Below, piece after piece: positions 1-10,625 of a DNA stretch of 32,000 bases. The position numbers and the translations under genes were made by a program. The notes under the pieces are model-generated. The model did not search any database and was not told the DNA's origin. It saw only the letters and a program-made list of their open reading frames with translations. Numbering within the stretch: position 1 is the stretch's first letter; each line of letters begins with the position of its first letter. Origin of the DNA: Corynebacterium amycolatum (GTDB lineage: Bacteria > Actinomycetota > Actinomycetes > Mycobacteriales > Mycobacteriaceae). The stretch lies in assembly GCF_049243625.1 (NCBI RefSeq), contig NZ_CP046975.1; one strand, written 5' to 3'.

Positions 1-849
1 AGCCTTTTCCTCCACGATGGACGCGGCGGCGTTGACCTCCATCAGACCGAGGTCGGAGCCACCGGCGACGGAAATAAGCACACCCTGTGCACCATCCATG
101 GTGGACTCCAGCAGCGGGGAGTTAATGGCCTGAGTAGCGGCGTTCATCACACGGTCGTCGCCGCGTGCGGAACCAACGCCCATCAGAGCCGAGCCAGCCT
201 CCGCCATTACCGAGCGGACGTCGGCGAAGTCGACGTTAATCATGCCCGGAATGGTAATCAGGTCAGTAATACCCTGGACACCGTTGTAAAGAATCTCGTC
301 GGCAAAGCGGAACGCGTCCATCATGGACAGATCCTGCTCACCAATCTGCAGCAGACGCTGGTTCGGAATGGTGATAAGGGTGTCACAGACCTCCTTGAGG
401 GTTTCAATACCCTCAGCGGCCTGGCGCGCACGGCGCTTGCCCTCGAAGTCGAACGGCTTGGTTACTACGCCGACGGTCAGCGCACCGGACTTCTTGGCAA
501 TGCTCGCGACAACCGGAGCTGCACCGGTACCGGTTCCACCGCCCTCACCTGCGGTAACGAAGACCATATCGGCGCCCTTGAGGGTCTCTTCAATCTCATC
601 CTTGTGATCTTCCGCAGAAGTGCGGCCAACCTCGGGGTTAGCGCCAGCTCCCAGACCACGAGTTGCCTCACGTCCGATGTCGAGCTTGACATCAGCGTCG
701 GAGAACATCAGGGCCTGCGAGTCGGTGTTTACTGCGATAAATTCGACACCCTTCAGCCCCTCCTCGATCATGCGGTTGACAGCATTGACGCCACCGCCGC
801 CGACACCGACGACTTTGATAACGGCGAGGTAGTTATTCGGGGAGGTCAT
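1..849 (-). CDS. ftsZ: Cell division GTPase FtsZ, N-terminal 283 codons; 3' end lies beyond the window edge
   Basis: Manual minus-strand translation from the ATG at 849-847 gives [37 protein letters not shown]...[13 protein letters not shown] (tubulin signature GGGTGTG) and stays open to position 1. It is absent from the ORF track only because it is truncated. It sits at the distal end of the dcw cluster. Confidence 0.97.
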   Translation of the reverse strand, partial: MTSPNNYLAVIKVVGVGGGGVNAVNRMIEEGLKGVEFIAVNTDSQALMFSDADVKLDIGREATRGLGAGANPEVGRTSAEDHKDEIEETLKGADMVFVTAGEGGGTGTGAAPVVASIAKKSGALTVGVVTKPFDFEGKRRARQAAEGIETLKEVCDTLITIPNQRLLQIGEQDLSMMDAFRFADEILYNGVQGITDLITIPGMINVDFADVRSVMAEAGSALMGVGSARGDDRVMNAATQAINSPLLESTMDGAQGVLISVAGGSDLGLMEVNAAASIVEEKA

Positions 850-1118
850 TGCGCGTTTCTCGCCCTTTCCTATAGGTCCTAAATTAATTTCATCTAGCCA
901 CGTTGCATATGGGCCGCACGACAGCATTGGCACCGCCGGGCAGTACAGCTCTCCATGACACCGCACGGAAGAAGTGCATCATGGCCGAAAAGCTGTTGAC
1001 CCCATTGTGGTCGAAAACTGCAAATAATTCAGCGACCTTTTAGCGCGTGTCGCTACCTTAAACCTGCACTTGAGGGATAGTGTTTAGCCACAGAAATCAC
1101 TCCAGACACCACCATTCT

Positions 1119-1895
1119 CTACTCTCCCTTAGCGGCGGGTAGTCGGGGGTTGGAGACATTCCAGATCTTCTCGCCACGGTTCAGCACAATTTCCGTCGCA
1201 CGGGCCTTTTCTGCCGCATTATCCGAGGACCCGAAGTACACCTCGTATCCATCGGTCAGAAATAGCTTGATTTCTGCCTCGGAAGGCGCGCTAATCCGCT
1301 CCACACGGTGTGCGACGGGCTCCGGCAACGCCTTGACGACGTTCAAAACCGCCTTGATAACGCGCGGTTCGGGGTCAACTTTGCCGTCTGTTGGCTCATC
1401 CACGCGTGGTGCATCGACAACCTCGATGACACCCGGAGGCGGGGCTGCCGTGACGAACTCCTGACCATTTGCAGAAAACAGGTGCTCTCCGTCAGTGGCA
1501 CGGACAAACACCACCGGGGTGAATTCCCGTACCGAAATAGTCACGCCCTGCGGCCACGAACGACTGACGGTCACGCTATCGACCCACGGCTGCCCCGCCA
1601 CGGAGCGCGCTGAGGCATCCGTGTCCAAGCGAATGAGCTTTTGATTCTCGGAGATACCACTGGCCTCGACAATCGCGTCTTTATCCCCGTGGACGACGCC
1701 TTCAACATCGATGTTCTTCACAACCAGCCACGGCGAAAACCACACCACCGCTGCAACGATGGCGATAATCGCGACCAGACCACCGCCGACGAGCCAGCCG
1801 CGTCGCGGGGCGCGCGCTGAACGCTGTCGCCGCGACACGGCTGTGCCCTGGTCTGCACCGTCGGTCTGCTGAGATTGCTTTCGGCTGGTTTTCAC
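1119..1895 (-). CDS. ftsQ: Cell division protein FtsQ (POTRA-containing, single TM)
   Basis: Position between murC and ftsZ. Basic N-terminus, a TM segment (WLVGGGLVAIIAIVAAVVWF), then a POTRA-like VKNIDVEGV motif. The longest ORF starts at a TTG at 1958 and overlaps murC by 59 nt. I prefer the in-frame GTG at 1895, just after the murC stop and preceded by GGAG. Confidence 0.85.
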   Translation of the reverse strand: MKTSRKQSQQTDGADQGTAVSRRQRSARAPRRGWLVGGGLVAIIAIVAAVVWFSPWLVVKNIDVEGVVHGDKDAIVEASGISENQKLIRLDTDASARSVAGQPWVDSVTVSRSWPQGVTISVREFTPVVFVRATDGEHLFSANGQEFVTAAPPPGVIEVVDAPRVDEPTDGKVDPEPRVIKAVLNVVKALPEPVAHRVERISAPSEAEIKLFLTDGYEVYFGSSDNAAEKARATEIVLNRGEKIWNVSNPRLPAAKGE

Positions 1896-1899
1896 AGTG

Positions 1900-3393
1900 C
1901 TACGACTCCACCTGTTCGTCGTTGTCTCCGCTGAGCTCGCGCACGATTTCGTCGGCAAGCATCGTCACAGAGCCAGCGCCGATGGTCAAGATGACATCGT
2001 GCGGTTCGGCGATTTCGCGGACGCGAGCCGGAACGCTGGTGAAATGCGGCTCGTACGTCACAGGGATGGTCATTTTGTTGGCGATGAGCGCACCGTCGAC
2101 ACCCGGCAGTGGCTCCTCGCGGGCACCGAAGACATCGAGCAAAACGGCCTTGTCCGCCAGCGACAGGGCGGCCGCGAACTCGTCGGCAAAGTTGCGAGTA
2201 CGCGAGTACAAGTGAGGTTGGAAAACAGCGATGACATTGCCACGACCGGCCTCGGTGACCAATTCCCGAGCTGCGCCGAGAACTGCGGAGACCTCGGTCG
2301 GGTGATGCGCGTAGTCGTCGTAGATACGAGCGCCAACAAATGGCCCCTCGCCGATAGTGCCGTGGTAGTCGAAGCGACGACGGACACCGGTGAATTCACC
2401 AAGACCGCGCGCCATACGCCCCAAATCTGCCCCGACGCAGTCGCCACCAACCATTGCGGCCAGCGCGTTGAGCGCCATGTGACGGCCGGGCTGATGCAGT
2501 TCAAACCTCATCGATGTCGAGCCAACGGTGGCCTCCACGCGGGCGCTACCACCGACGGGAGTCCAGCCGTGCAAAACGGCACCGACTGGCAGCGTCGGGT
2601 GTTCAGCCAAGGCTTCTTCCCCACCATAAGCCAGCACGTTAATGCCCCGTTCCACCGCGCGCTCGCCCAATGCGGCCGCATGCGGATCCTCAGCACAGAC
2701 GACCAGATGACCGCCATCTTTAATGCGCTCTGCAAAAGCGTCAAAGACGGCGTAGTAGGTCTCCTCGTCCCCGAAAAAGTCCAGGTGATCGGGCTCGATG
2801 TTGGTAATTACGGCCACTTCCGGCTGGTAAGTCAACAACGAGGCATCCGACTCATCGGCCTCAGCAACAAAGACGTCACCGCTGCCCTGGTGAGCATTGA
2901 CGCCGGCCTTGCTCATTAGACCGCCAACAGCAAAAGACGGATCCAAACCAGCAGCCTGCAAAGCGGCGACGGTCATCGACGTAGTCGAGGTTTTGCCGTG
3001 AGTACCGGCAATCAGAAGGGCCCTGGAGTCCTGCATCAACAGCGCTAGCACATCGGAGCGCTTGAGCACCGGAATGTCCAGCTCATGTGCACCGGCCAGC
3101 TCCGGATTCGTCTTCGGAATAGCTGCGAAGGAAATGACCACTGCCTCCGGCAGCTCTCCCTCGCCGGCCAGCTCGAGATTCGCACGGTCATGGCCAATGG
3201 CGATGGTGGCTCCCATCGCACGCAGTCCCACCACCGCGCGGGACTCCTTGACATCGGAACCGGTAACACGAATGCCACGCGCCAACAGGATGCGAGCGAT
3301 ACCGGACATGCCAGCACCGCCAATGCCAATCATGTGGACACTTGCGGGCAGCTCTCCCGTTACCGGCTGAAAGCCATCGAAATTAACGTTCAT
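1900..3393 (-). CDS. murC: UDP-N-acetylmuramate--L-alanine ligase
   Basis: 497 aa. N-terminal Rossmann-like HMIGIGGAGMSGIARILLARG and the Mur ligase P-loop GTHGKTSTTSM. Canonical dcw position. Confidence 0.95.
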   Translation of the reverse strand: MNVNFDGFQPVTGELPASVHMIGIGGAGMSGIARILLARGIRVTGSDVKESRAVVGLRAMGATIAIGHDRANLELAGEGELPEAVVISFAAIPKTNPELAGAHELDIPVLKRSDVLALLMQDSRALLIAGTHGKTSTTSMTVAALQAAGLDPSFAVGGLMSKAGVNAHQGSGDVFVAEADESDASLLTYQPEVAVITNIEPDHLDFFGDEETYYAVFDAFAERIKDGGHLVVCAEDPHAAALGERAVERGINVLAYGGEEALAEHPTLPVGAVLHGWTPVGGSARVEATVGSTSMRFELHQPGRHMALNALAAMVGGDCVGADLGRMARGLGEFTGVRRRFDYHGTIGEGPFVGARIYDDYAHHPTEVSAVLGAARELVTEAGRGNVIAVFQPHLYSRTRNFADEFAAALSLADKAVLLDVFGAREEPLPGVDGALIANKMTIPVTYEPHFTSVPARVREIAEPHDVILTIGAGSVTMLADEIVRELSGDNDEQVES

Positions 3394-3406
3394 GTTTATG
3401 CTCGCT

Positions 3407-4579
3407 TTACTTCTTAGAGTTCACAGCCGCAGACAGCACCCGACGGGCGATGTTCTCCGCAGCGTTACCATGTCCGATGTTGGCCAGGGCGCGGCGTCCG
3501 TCGGCAAGCTTTTCAGGGGACGTGACCAGCGGAATTACGATATCCGAAACTGATGCCGCAGTCAGCGACTCGTCGGCGATGAGAATGCCGCCGCCAGCAT
3601 CGATGACATCGGTGGCGTTGAGTGCCTGTTCCCCATTTCCGTGTGGCAGCGGTACATACACCGCAGGCAGGCCGACAGCTGAGACTTCAGCTACCGTCAT
3701 CGCACCGGAACGGCACAAAATCAGGTCAGCGGCGGAGTACGCCAGATCCATCCGGTCGATGTACGGCACAGCGACATAGGGGGCGTCCTCGCGGATGGAC
3801 TCGACCTCGACGTGATTCTTCTTTCCGTAGGCATGCAGTACGGATACACCGGCCTGGGCGAGCTCTGCGGCTGCACCGCTGACAGCTTCGTTGATGGAAC
3901 GCGCCCCCTGCGAACCACCGGTGACAAAGAGTACCGGTCCCTCCTGCGGTAAACCGAAGAACTCGCGGGCTTCGGCACGCTTGGTGTCGCGGTCCAGCGC
4001 CGCGAGGCTGGCACGCACGGGATTGCCGACGACCTCGGCCTTCAGACCTGAACCTGTCACAGCGGCCAGGCCGACGCCACCGAGTGCGACACCGAGCTTA
4101 TTGGCCAGACCCGCACGGGCGTTGGCCTCGTGAACCAGGAACGGAATCTTCTTCCCCGCACGACACGCCATGTAGGCAGGTGCCGATACGTAGCCGCCAA
4201 AACCGATGACCGCATCAGCGTCAATACGCTTGAAAACCTTGCGGGTCTCACGCACCGCACGAGCGACGTTGAGAGGCAGCTTGAACAAATCCGCAGTCGG
4301 CTTGCGCGGCACCGGCACTGGCGGAATCAGCTCCAGGTCATAGCCTCGCGCCGGTACAAGGGTCGACTCCAACCCCCGATTCGTACCGAGTGCAATGACG
4401 CGGGCCTCCGGCTGCAGGTTCAAAATCGCATCCGCCACTGCCAGTGCGGGTTCGATATGGCCAGCCGTACCACCGCCGGCCACCACAATGGTCGGAGCAG
4501 AGCCATCGTCCTTGAGAAACTGCTCAGACTCCGAAGCGCCTTTCGCCCCAGCGGCTGCGCCCAGATTCTTGTCTGCCAT
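3407..4579 (-). CDS. murG: Lipid II synthase MurG (UDP-GlcNAc:lipid I GlcNAc transferase)
   Basis: [17 protein letters not shown] motif near the N-terminus. The true start is taken as the ATG at 4579-4577 (MADKNLG...), 4 nt after the ftsW stop and preceded by GGAGGAGG. The extra 134 codons of ORF 3407..4981 overlap the ftsW tail in another frame and are not credible. Confidence 0.92.
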   Translation of the reverse strand: MADKNLGAAAGAKGASESEQFLKDDGSAPTIVVAGGGTAGHIEPALAVADAILNLQPEARVIALGTNRGLESTLVPARGYDLELIPPVPVPRKPTADLFKLPLNVARAVRETRKVFKRIDADAVIGFGGYVSAPAYMACRAGKKIPFLVHEANARAGLANKLGVALGGVGLAAVTGSGLKAEVVGNPVRASLAALDRDTKRAEAREFFGLPQEGPVLFVTGGSQGARSINEAVSGAAAELAQAGVSVLHAYGKKNHVEVESIREDAPYVAVPYIDRMDLAYSAADLILCRSGAMTVAEVSAVGLPAVYVPLPHGNGEQALNATDVIDAGGGILIADESLTAASVSDIVIPLVTSPEKLADGRRALANIGHGNAAENIARRVLSAAVNSKK

Positions 4580-4583
4580 GGTG

Positions 4584-6392
4584 TTATCGATTCCTCCTCC
4601 GCGGTGCTGAACCGCCATTCCTATTGTTTCGGCCCGGGCGCTGGCGCGAACGCGACTGTCCGCCACGGCCTTCGCCCCGAATCCTACTGCCCCGACCTGA
4701 GCTTGACGACGACCAGGAGCCCTGTGACCGTCCAGTCCGCGGCGACTTCGCTGAAAAACCCCGCGTCCGTCCGTTGTCACTACGAGGGGAATAATCCACT
4801 TCGCGGCCACGAACGCTGCCCAAGTTTCCGGAGCTGCCGGAGGTTCGGGAGCCACGCTGCGGGGCGGCACCTCGACCGCTGCGGCTGCCTCCACTACGGC
4901 CAGCCCGATTGAATCGGTCAGCTCGTCCACTGTAGGTTTCCCGCACCTGCGCCCCCTCGCCGCGTGGAGTACGCGCTCCACTGGTCACCACGGGAGGACC
5001 GAAACGCTGCGGATCGCGATGGGCACGCACCTTCGGCGCGTGGCGACGCGATTCGTCATACGGGATCGGCTCCGGAATACCCAGGAACCTATCGAGCGCC
5101 GGACGTCCCGAAGTCTGCATTGCAGAGACTGCTTCCGATTCGTGGCGAGCACACGTGGCCAGCAGGCCCATCGAGAACAACGTCACCATCGCCGATGTAC
5201 CACCGGCGGAAATCAGCGGCAGCTGCAGACCAGTCACCGGCAACGCACCGACGACGTAGCCGATGTTGATGAAAGCCTGGACCACGGTTGCAGCAGTAAT
5301 CGTGCCCGCGAGCAGACGGAGAAACGGATCGTTCTGGCGACCGGCGATACGAAGTCCCACCCAGCCAAGCGCTGCGTAGAGCAAAATAACCATCAGCGCG
5401 CCGAGGAAACCAGTTTCCTCACCGATAATGGCAAAAATGAAGTCATTCTTCGCCTCCGGTAGGTATCCCCACTTCGCGCTCGACTGACCGAGACCGACAC
5501 CGGTGAGAGATCCGTCGGCAAGCGAAAGAAAGCCCTGGTAGGACTGGTAGGCATCGCCCTGCACGTCGTTGAAGTTACCGAGCAGCGAGTCCAAGTAGAC
5601 CCTGATTCGCGCCGAACGGAAACCCGCGGTGACGGTGAAAATCACCATGGCAAAAGCCGCTGCAGCAAGAAGCCCGGTGATAAAGACTCGCGGCAGGCCA
5701 GCAAACCACGCCAACGCCACCACGACGAACGCCATGGAAGCAACCATGCCAAGGTCACGCTGTAGCATCACCAGTGCCAATATCACGAAGCTGACCGCGC
5801 CAAACAGCCCAAACAAATCGGTGTAGGACACAGCAGTGCGGACCTTCTCAGCCAGTAGCTTCGAGCCCCACAATGCCAGCGCAATCTTCGCGATTTCTGA
5901 TGGCTGCATGGTGATCCCACCAATACTCAGCCACGAACGCGCACCGGTTTCCTCCAGACCAATGCCGATGCCAGGAATAATCACCAAAACCAGAAGCACA
6001 AAGGACAGAATCAGCGCTGCCGTCGATAGCGAGCGAATCAGCTCCACCCGCATTCGCAGCACGATCCACATGGAGATCAGACCCGCCACCACCATGACCA
6101 GCTGGCGGATAAACACCGACCACACGCTGCCCGAGTCGTTACCCGCACTGGCCATGGATGCCGACAGCACCATCACCAGGCCGATAGACGTCAGCAGTGC
6201 GACGATAATCATCAGCAGGTGGTAGTCGAACAGCGGGCGCGACTTCCAGTCGTTAAAACGCTCCACCCACGCAGGCCGCTCTCGAGCACTAGTGCTTGAC
6301 GACGAGGGCTGTTGTGACTTGGTAGCCTTCGTCCCCTTTTGTGCTGTCTCGGCGCTAGCGCTTAAATTACGAGCCTTGCGGGAGTTATCCAT
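4584..6392 (-). CDS. ftsW: SEDS-family peptidoglycan polymerase FtsW with a long Arg/Gly/Ser-rich C-terminal tail
   Basis: 602 aa with a multi-TM SEDS core (…GEETGFLGA…, …[10 protein letters not shown]…). dcw position between murD and murG. The start ATG overlaps the murD stop by 8 nt (ATGGATAA). Confidence 0.93.
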   Translation of the reverse strand: MDNSRKARNLSASAETAQKGTKATKSQQPSSSSTSARERPAWVERFNDWKSRPLFDYHLLMIIVALLTSIGLVMVLSASMASAGNDSGSVWSVFIRQLVMVVAGLISMWIVLRMRVELIRSLSTAALILSFVLLVLVIIPGIGIGLEETGARSWLSIGGITMQPSEIAKIALALWGSKLLAEKVRTAVSYTDLFGLFGAVSFVILALVMLQRDLGMVASMAFVVVALAWFAGLPRVFITGLLAAAAFAMVIFTVTAGFRSARIRVYLDSLLGNFNDVQGDAYQSYQGFLSLADGSLTGVGLGQSSAKWGYLPEAKNDFIFAIIGEETGFLGALMVILLYAALGWVGLRIAGRQNDPFLRLLAGTITAATVVQAFINIGYVVGALPVTGLQLPLISAGGTSAMVTLFSMGLLATCARHESEAVSAMQTSGRPALDRFLGIPEPIPYDESRRHAPKVRAHRDPQRFGPPVVTSGARTPRGEGAQVRETYSGRADRFNRAGRSGGSRSGRGAAPQRGSRTSGSSGNLGSVRGREVDYSPRSDNGRTRGFSAKSPRTGRSQGSWSSSSSGRGSRIRGEGRGGQSRSRQRPGRNNRNGGSAPRRRNR

Positions 6393-7863
6393 CAGTTGAC
6401 GTCACCTTCTGCGCCCATTGCGCGAACAAGTCGCCGCGTTCAGCCATACCGGAGTACATGTCCAAGCTGGCGGCAGCTGGTGCCAACAGCACCACGTCCC
6501 CCGGATTGGCATATTCACTAGCTGCCATACAGACCTTCGCCATGGCATCGACCTTGTCGGTGTCATCGATGACAACGACCGGCACAGCAGGTGCGATGCG
6601 GGAGAGCGCATCGCTGACTAGTTGCCTATCGACGCCCAGAACCACGGCGGCCTGCAGGCGATGAGCATGCTTCGCCACTAGCGGCGAGATTTCCGCGCCC
6701 TTGAGCTGGCCACCGACAATCCAAACAACACGCTCATGGCCGGACAGTGCCGCGTCGGCAGCGTGGGGATTAGTGGCCTTGGAGTCATCAATCCACACGA
6801 CATCATTTGTCTTATGGACGATCTGACCGCGGTGTGCGCGAACTTCGAAAGTCTCCAGCGCCGCTGCAATTTGCTCCGGTGAAGTACCGATGCTGCGCGC
6901 CATCGCAGTGGCGGCCACCGCATCGAGAACACCTGCCCGGCCGGGAGGAGAAATTCCCGCTACCGGTGCGATGACAATGCCCGGCTCAGAGTCGTCATCT
7001 GCGGCCTCGCCACCGCCAAAAGCGCGGTCGACAATCATGCTATCGCGAACTCCGACCTGGTGTGCCTCCGGAGGACCATCGGTGAAGCCCACGACGGAGT
7101 TGCCGAGCTCATCGTTTTTCAGCATCTTTTCCACGTGCTCGACGACATCGGCGTCATCCGCGCCGTAGATTGCGACAGCACCACGCAGCGCACGGGTCTT
7201 GTCCAGACCGTAGTTTTCGTAAGAACCGTGCCAGTCGATGTGGTCTTCCGCCAGGTTCAGCAGTACTCCCGCATCTGGGCGAATATTCGGCGCCCAGTGC
7301 AATTGGAAGCTGGACAGCTCTGCGGCCAACACTTCGATACGAGGCTCAGCAGTCAGTGCATCGTACAGAGCCACGCCAATGTTGCCCACAGCTGCGCCCT
7401 GCTCCCCGAGCATGGCGGCCAGCATGGAGGTAGTTGTGGTCTTGCCGTTAGTGCCGGTGACTACCAACCAGGTACGTTTCGGCCCCCACAGCTGGGCACA
7501 GTCCCCAGCGAAAGCCAGCGCCACATCGCCGAATACCGGGACACCGGCCTCAGCGGCTGCGTCGAACAGCGGACTGGTCGGACGCCATCCCGGGGAGGTC
7601 ACAATCGCAACCGCGTCGGCAAGCTCGTCGCGAGCGTCTGCGGTGGTGACATGCCGAACCGAAAAGTCAGCGGCAACCAGTGCGCCGAGGGCGGAGTCGT
7701 CCACGACGACAACTTCCGGACAGCCGATGTCCGTGAGCATCACGATGGCACCGCGACCGGAAACCCCGGCTCCTGCCACCAGAACTCGACCAGAGCGCAC
7801 CGTAGCGACTAAGTCGAGATTTCGGATTTCGGTGAGGTTGGTCGGGTCTGGTGAGTTAATCAT
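6385..7863 (-). CDS. murD: UDP-N-acetylmuramoylalanine--D-glutamate ligase
   Basis: 492 aa. N-terminal [10 protein letters not shown] dinucleotide-fold motif and the Mur ligase P-loop [11 protein letters not shown]. 4-nt start/stop overlap with mraY. Confidence 0.95.
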   Translation of the reverse strand: MINSPDPTNLTEIRNLDLVATVRSGRVLVAGAGVSGRGAIVMLTDIGCPEVVVVDDSALGALVAADFSVRHVTTADARDELADAVAIVTSPGWRPTSPLFDAAAEAGVPVFGDVALAFAGDCAQLWGPKRTWLVVTGTNGKTTTTSMLAAMLGEQGAAVGNIGVALYDALTAEPRIEVLAAELSSFQLHWAPNIRPDAGVLLNLAEDHIDWHGSYENYGLDKTRALRGAVAIYGADDADVVEHVEKMLKNDELGNSVVGFTDGPPEAHQVGVRDSMIVDRAFGGGEAADDDSEPGIVIAPVAGISPPGRAGVLDAVAATAMARSIGTSPEQIAAALETFEVRAHRGQIVHKTNDVVWIDDSKATNPHAADAALSGHERVVWIVGGQLKGAEISPLVAKHAHRLQAAVVLGVDRQLVSDALSRIAPAVPVVVIDDTDKVDAMAKVCMAASEYANPGDVVLLAPAAASLDMYSGMAERGDLFAQWAQKVTSTDG

Positions 7864-8966
7864 TGAAATACGCCTACCTGAGAAAGCCAGTCACTGTAGA
7901 AGATGGCTGCGCCAATCATGTTGAAAATGCCTGCGAGTAGCCAGAAGCGAACGACAACAGTTGTCTCCGCCCAACCTCCGTTTTCGAAGTGGTGATGGAG
8001 AGGAGCCATGCGGAATACGCGCTTGCCAGTCGTCTGGAAAACCGCGATTTGGATTGCCACGGAAGCAACTTCCATCACGAAGATGAAGCCAATGATAACC
8101 ATCAACAGCTCAGTCTTGGTGACAAATGACAGACCCGCTACCAAACCGCCAAGAGCCAACGAACCGGTATCTCCCATGAAAATCTTTGCCGGCGCTGCAT
8201 TCCACCACAGGAAGCCCAAGCATGCGCCCAGACCCGCGACGGAAATAACGGCGATATCCAGTGGATCGCGGACGTCATAGCAGCCGCTACCCAGCGAAGC
8301 CTCGCAGGAGTTACGGAACTGCCAGAAGGAAATCAGTGTGTAGGTGGCCAACAACAGCGCGGTGGCACCGGCAGCCAGGCCGTCAAGGCCATCAGTGAGA
8401 TTGACGGCATTCGTCCACGCGGCAATGACGATGAAGACAAAAACCAGGAAGACAATCATACCGAACCACACCGGCCCCGGAGCCAGATTCAGGAACGGAA
8501 TATCTCGAATCAGCGACAAGTTCGTCGTACCCGGCGTCAAGCCTGACGCATCCGGGAACTGCAGCAACAACACGCCGAAAATCAGCGCTGCCGCCAGCTG
8601 CCCAACCAGCTTCGCTGTCTTGTTCAGCCCCAGGTTGCGTCCTTTGTAGAGTTTGATGAAGTCATCGGCAAAACCCAATGCGCCCATCGCCAGAACCAGG
8701 AACATGACCAACAGTCCGGAGGCGGACGGCCCCACGCCAGTCTGGATATACGTAACGAGGTGAGAGAGGAAATAACCAGCGACGATTGCGGCGATGATGG
8801 CGATGCCGCCCATGGTCGGAGTTCCCCGCTTGCGCAGGTGGCTCTTTGGCCCTTCTTCACGAATCTCCTGGCCAAGACCTTCAGCAGAGAATTTGCGAAT
8901 AAGCACTGGTGTTAAAAAGACACTCACCAGGAATGCAATCGCACCACTGAGAATAAGTTGAATCAC
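7860..8966 (-). CDS. mraY: Phospho-N-acetylmuramoyl-pentapeptide transferase
   Basis: 368 aa polytopic membrane protein with hallmark MraY segments ([41 protein letters not shown]). GTG start directly abuts the murF stop. Confidence 0.96.
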   Translation of the reverse strand: MIQLILSGAIAFLVSVFLTPVLIRKFSAEGLGQEIREEGPKSHLRKRGTPTMGGIAIIAAIVAGYFLSHLVTYIQTGVGPSASGLLVMFLVLAMGALGFADDFIKLYKGRNLGLNKTAKLVGQLAAALIFGVLLLQFPDASGLTPGTTNLSLIRDIPFLNLAPGPVWFGMIVFLVFVFIVIAAWTNAVNLTDGLDGLAAGATALLLATYTLISFWQFRNSCEASLGSGCYDVRDPLDIAVISVAGLGACLGFLWWNAAPAKIFMGDTGSLALGGLVAGLSFVTKTELLMVIIGFIFVMEVASVAIQIAVFQTTGKRVFRMAPLHHHFENGGWAETTVVVRFWLLAGIFNMIGAAIFYSDWLSQVGVFQ

Positions 8967-10493
8967 TTACTTTTCCTCTCCGCTTTCACCTTCGGGCGCA
9001 GTTCCAACCTTGGCAGCTAGCGAGTCCGCGACCCGCCACATACCGTCCGCGTAGGAGGCCTTGACTAACACAACATCGTTCGGACGCACCTCAGCCGCCA
9101 CCAAATCCGCGGCAGCGGATGTATCCGGCACCCTAGAAGTATTTAACCCCAACTCTTCCGCTTTGTCGGCCAAGGCATGCACATTAGAACTCTCTCCGAC
9201 TGCAATTAGTCGATTGATGCCGCGGCCCACAAGGTACTCGCCCAGTGACGAGTGCTCATTCTCAGCGGAATCGCCAAGCTCCCCCATCTGTCCCAGCACC
9301 GCCCACGATGAGGCGTCCTGGTGCGTTGGGCCAGCTGCTGTACAAGCCAGAGCATCAATCCCCGCACGCATCGAATCAGGGTTGGCATTGTAGGAGTCGT
9401 TAATAACGACGATATTGCCAGTGAGCTGCTGGACATCCATGCGCCGCTCCGACGCTGCCACATGCGCGGCCATCGCCTTTGCGACTTGCTCAGCATCAAT
9501 ACCGGACTCCACTGCCACCGCAATCGCCGCCAGGGCATTGGCCACTTGGTGCGCACCATAGACCTGCAGTTGGATCGGGAATGTACGCCCATCCGGTATA
9601 TGCAGGTCAAAGGACGCACGAGCAAAATCGTCGAGCTGCACATTCGTGGCGCGGTAATCCGCAGTTGCGTGGCGTTCGGAGTTCTCATCGGCAGAGAAGA
9701 ACACCACCTTCGCCTGGGTACGTGGAGCCATGCCAGTGACATAGTCATCGTCGGCATTGAGTACGGCCACACCGCCCTGCTCCGCAGCCGGCAGCGCTTC
9801 CACGAGCTCGCCCTTAGCCTGCGCGATTGCCTCGCGCGAGCCAAACTCACCAAGGTGCGCCGTACCAACATTGAGCACCGCACCGATCGTCGGTGGTGCG
9901 ATGCGCGCAAGGTGGGCCACATGCCCAATTCCGCGCGCACTCATCTCCGCAACTAGGTACTTCGTCTCCGGAGTGCACTGCAGCACCGTGTACGGATGCC
10001 CAATTTCGTTGTTAAACGACCCCTTCGGAGCCACCGTCGGACCGTCGGTACGAAGCAGCGTCGCCATCATGTCCTTCGTCGACGTCTTTCCCGCCGAACC
10101 CGTCACACCGACGACATGCAGCTGATCCTTCTTCAGCTCGTCGACGACGTAACGCGCCAACTTACCAAGCGCTTCCAGCACCGCCGCCCCGGACCCATCC
10201 GGATCGTGTGCAAATGCGTCAGCATTGGAGTCCTGCTTACCAAGGGGCTTGACGACGACCGCAGGTTGCCCAACATCTCGTGCCGCCAGTGCCATCGTCG
10301 CTCCAGCTGCCATAGCCTGATCGATGAAGTCGTGACCGTCGACCCGCGCGCCCGGCAGGGCTAGGAAGAGCGAGCCTTCGCGGATCTTTCGGGAGTCGAA
10401 TTCTGCGGGTTGAGTCACTGTGGCGTCATCATCGACGTGGACGAGTTCACCTCCCACGATGTGAGCGATTTCCGCGGCGGTCAGGGCAATCAT
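8967..10493 (-). CDS. murF: UDP-MurNAc-tripeptide--D-alanyl-D-alanine ligase
   Basis: 508 aa. Mur ligase P-loop GVTGSAGKTSTKDM and dcw position between murE and mraY. Confidence 0.93.
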   Translation of the reverse strand: MIALTAAEIAHIVGGELVHVDDDATVTQPAEFDSRKIREGSLFLALPGARVDGHDFIDQAMAAGATMALAARDVGQPAVVVKPLGKQDSNADAFAHDPDGSGAAVLEALGKLARYVVDELKKDQLHVVGVTGSAGKTSTKDMMATLLRTDGPTVAPKGSFNNEIGHPYTVLQCTPETKYLVAEMSARGIGHVAHLARIAPPTIGAVLNVGTAHLGEFGSREAIAQAKGELVEALPAAEQGGVAVLNADDDYVTGMAPRTQAKVVFFSADENSERHATADYRATNVQLDDFARASFDLHIPDGRTFPIQLQVYGAHQVANALAAIAVAVESGIDAEQVAKAMAAHVAASERRMDVQQLTGNIVVINDSYNANPDSMRAGIDALACTAAGPTHQDASSWAVLGQMGELGDSAENEHSSLGEYLVGRGINRLIAVGESSNVHALADKAEELGLNTSRVPDTSAAADLVAAEVRPNDVVLVKASYADGMWRVADSLAAKVGTAPEGESGEEK

Positions 10494-10561
10494 GATGTCT
10501 ATAGTCCTTGTTGGTTAGAGTTCCAGGCGCCTAGTAAAGGATGATTTCTTGATTTTATTCG

Positions 10562-10586
10562 CTTACCGCGAGTGGTTCGCGGTAGG
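10562..10586 (-). other. Stable stem-loop in the murE-murF spacer (no U-tract)
   Basis: TACCGCGA (10564-10571) / TCGCGGTA (10577-10584) with a 5-nt loop, extendable by 2 bp. On the minus-strand transcript it is followed by an A-rich rather than a U-rich sequence, so it is not a canonical terminator. Confidence 0.45.
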
Positions 10587-10625
10587 CATGTCAGGTGGTG
10601 TGCTTCCTCAGCGATTTCGGCAATC

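Noticed and set aside
850-1118. The 269-bp ftsQ-ftsZ spacer, including a roughly 45-codon plus-strand ORF starting at the ATG at 909 and a small AGCGAC/GTCGCT hairpin.
   Set aside because: The spacer is expected to hold ftsZ promoters, as I recall is reported for C. glutamicum, but I cannot place -10/-35 elements confidently. The small ORF is on the opposite strand with no RBS and an unremarkable sequence.
1897-2919. Long antisense or shadow ORFs opposite real genes. Examples are 1897..2919(+), 4130..4912(+), 7060..7812(+), 7238..7924(+), 10572..11288(+), 15790..16665(+), 21503..22045(-), 22511..23200(-) and 30174..31295(+).
   Set aside because: These are typical high-GC shadow frames. Their translations are Arg/Gly/His/Cys-rich with no recognisable motifs. 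Each lies fully or largely inside or antisense to a gene with a clear homology signature, and none has a convincing RBS.
4580-4981. A 134-codon N-terminal extension of the murG ORF (track ORF 3407..4981) overlapping the ftsW tail on the same strand in another frame.
   Set aside because: The extension has no MurG homology. The conserved GGGTAGH motif follows the internal ATG at 4579, which has a strong GGAGGAGG RBS and sits 4 nt after the ftsW stop. The open frame is a by-product of the GC-rich low-complexity ftsW tail.
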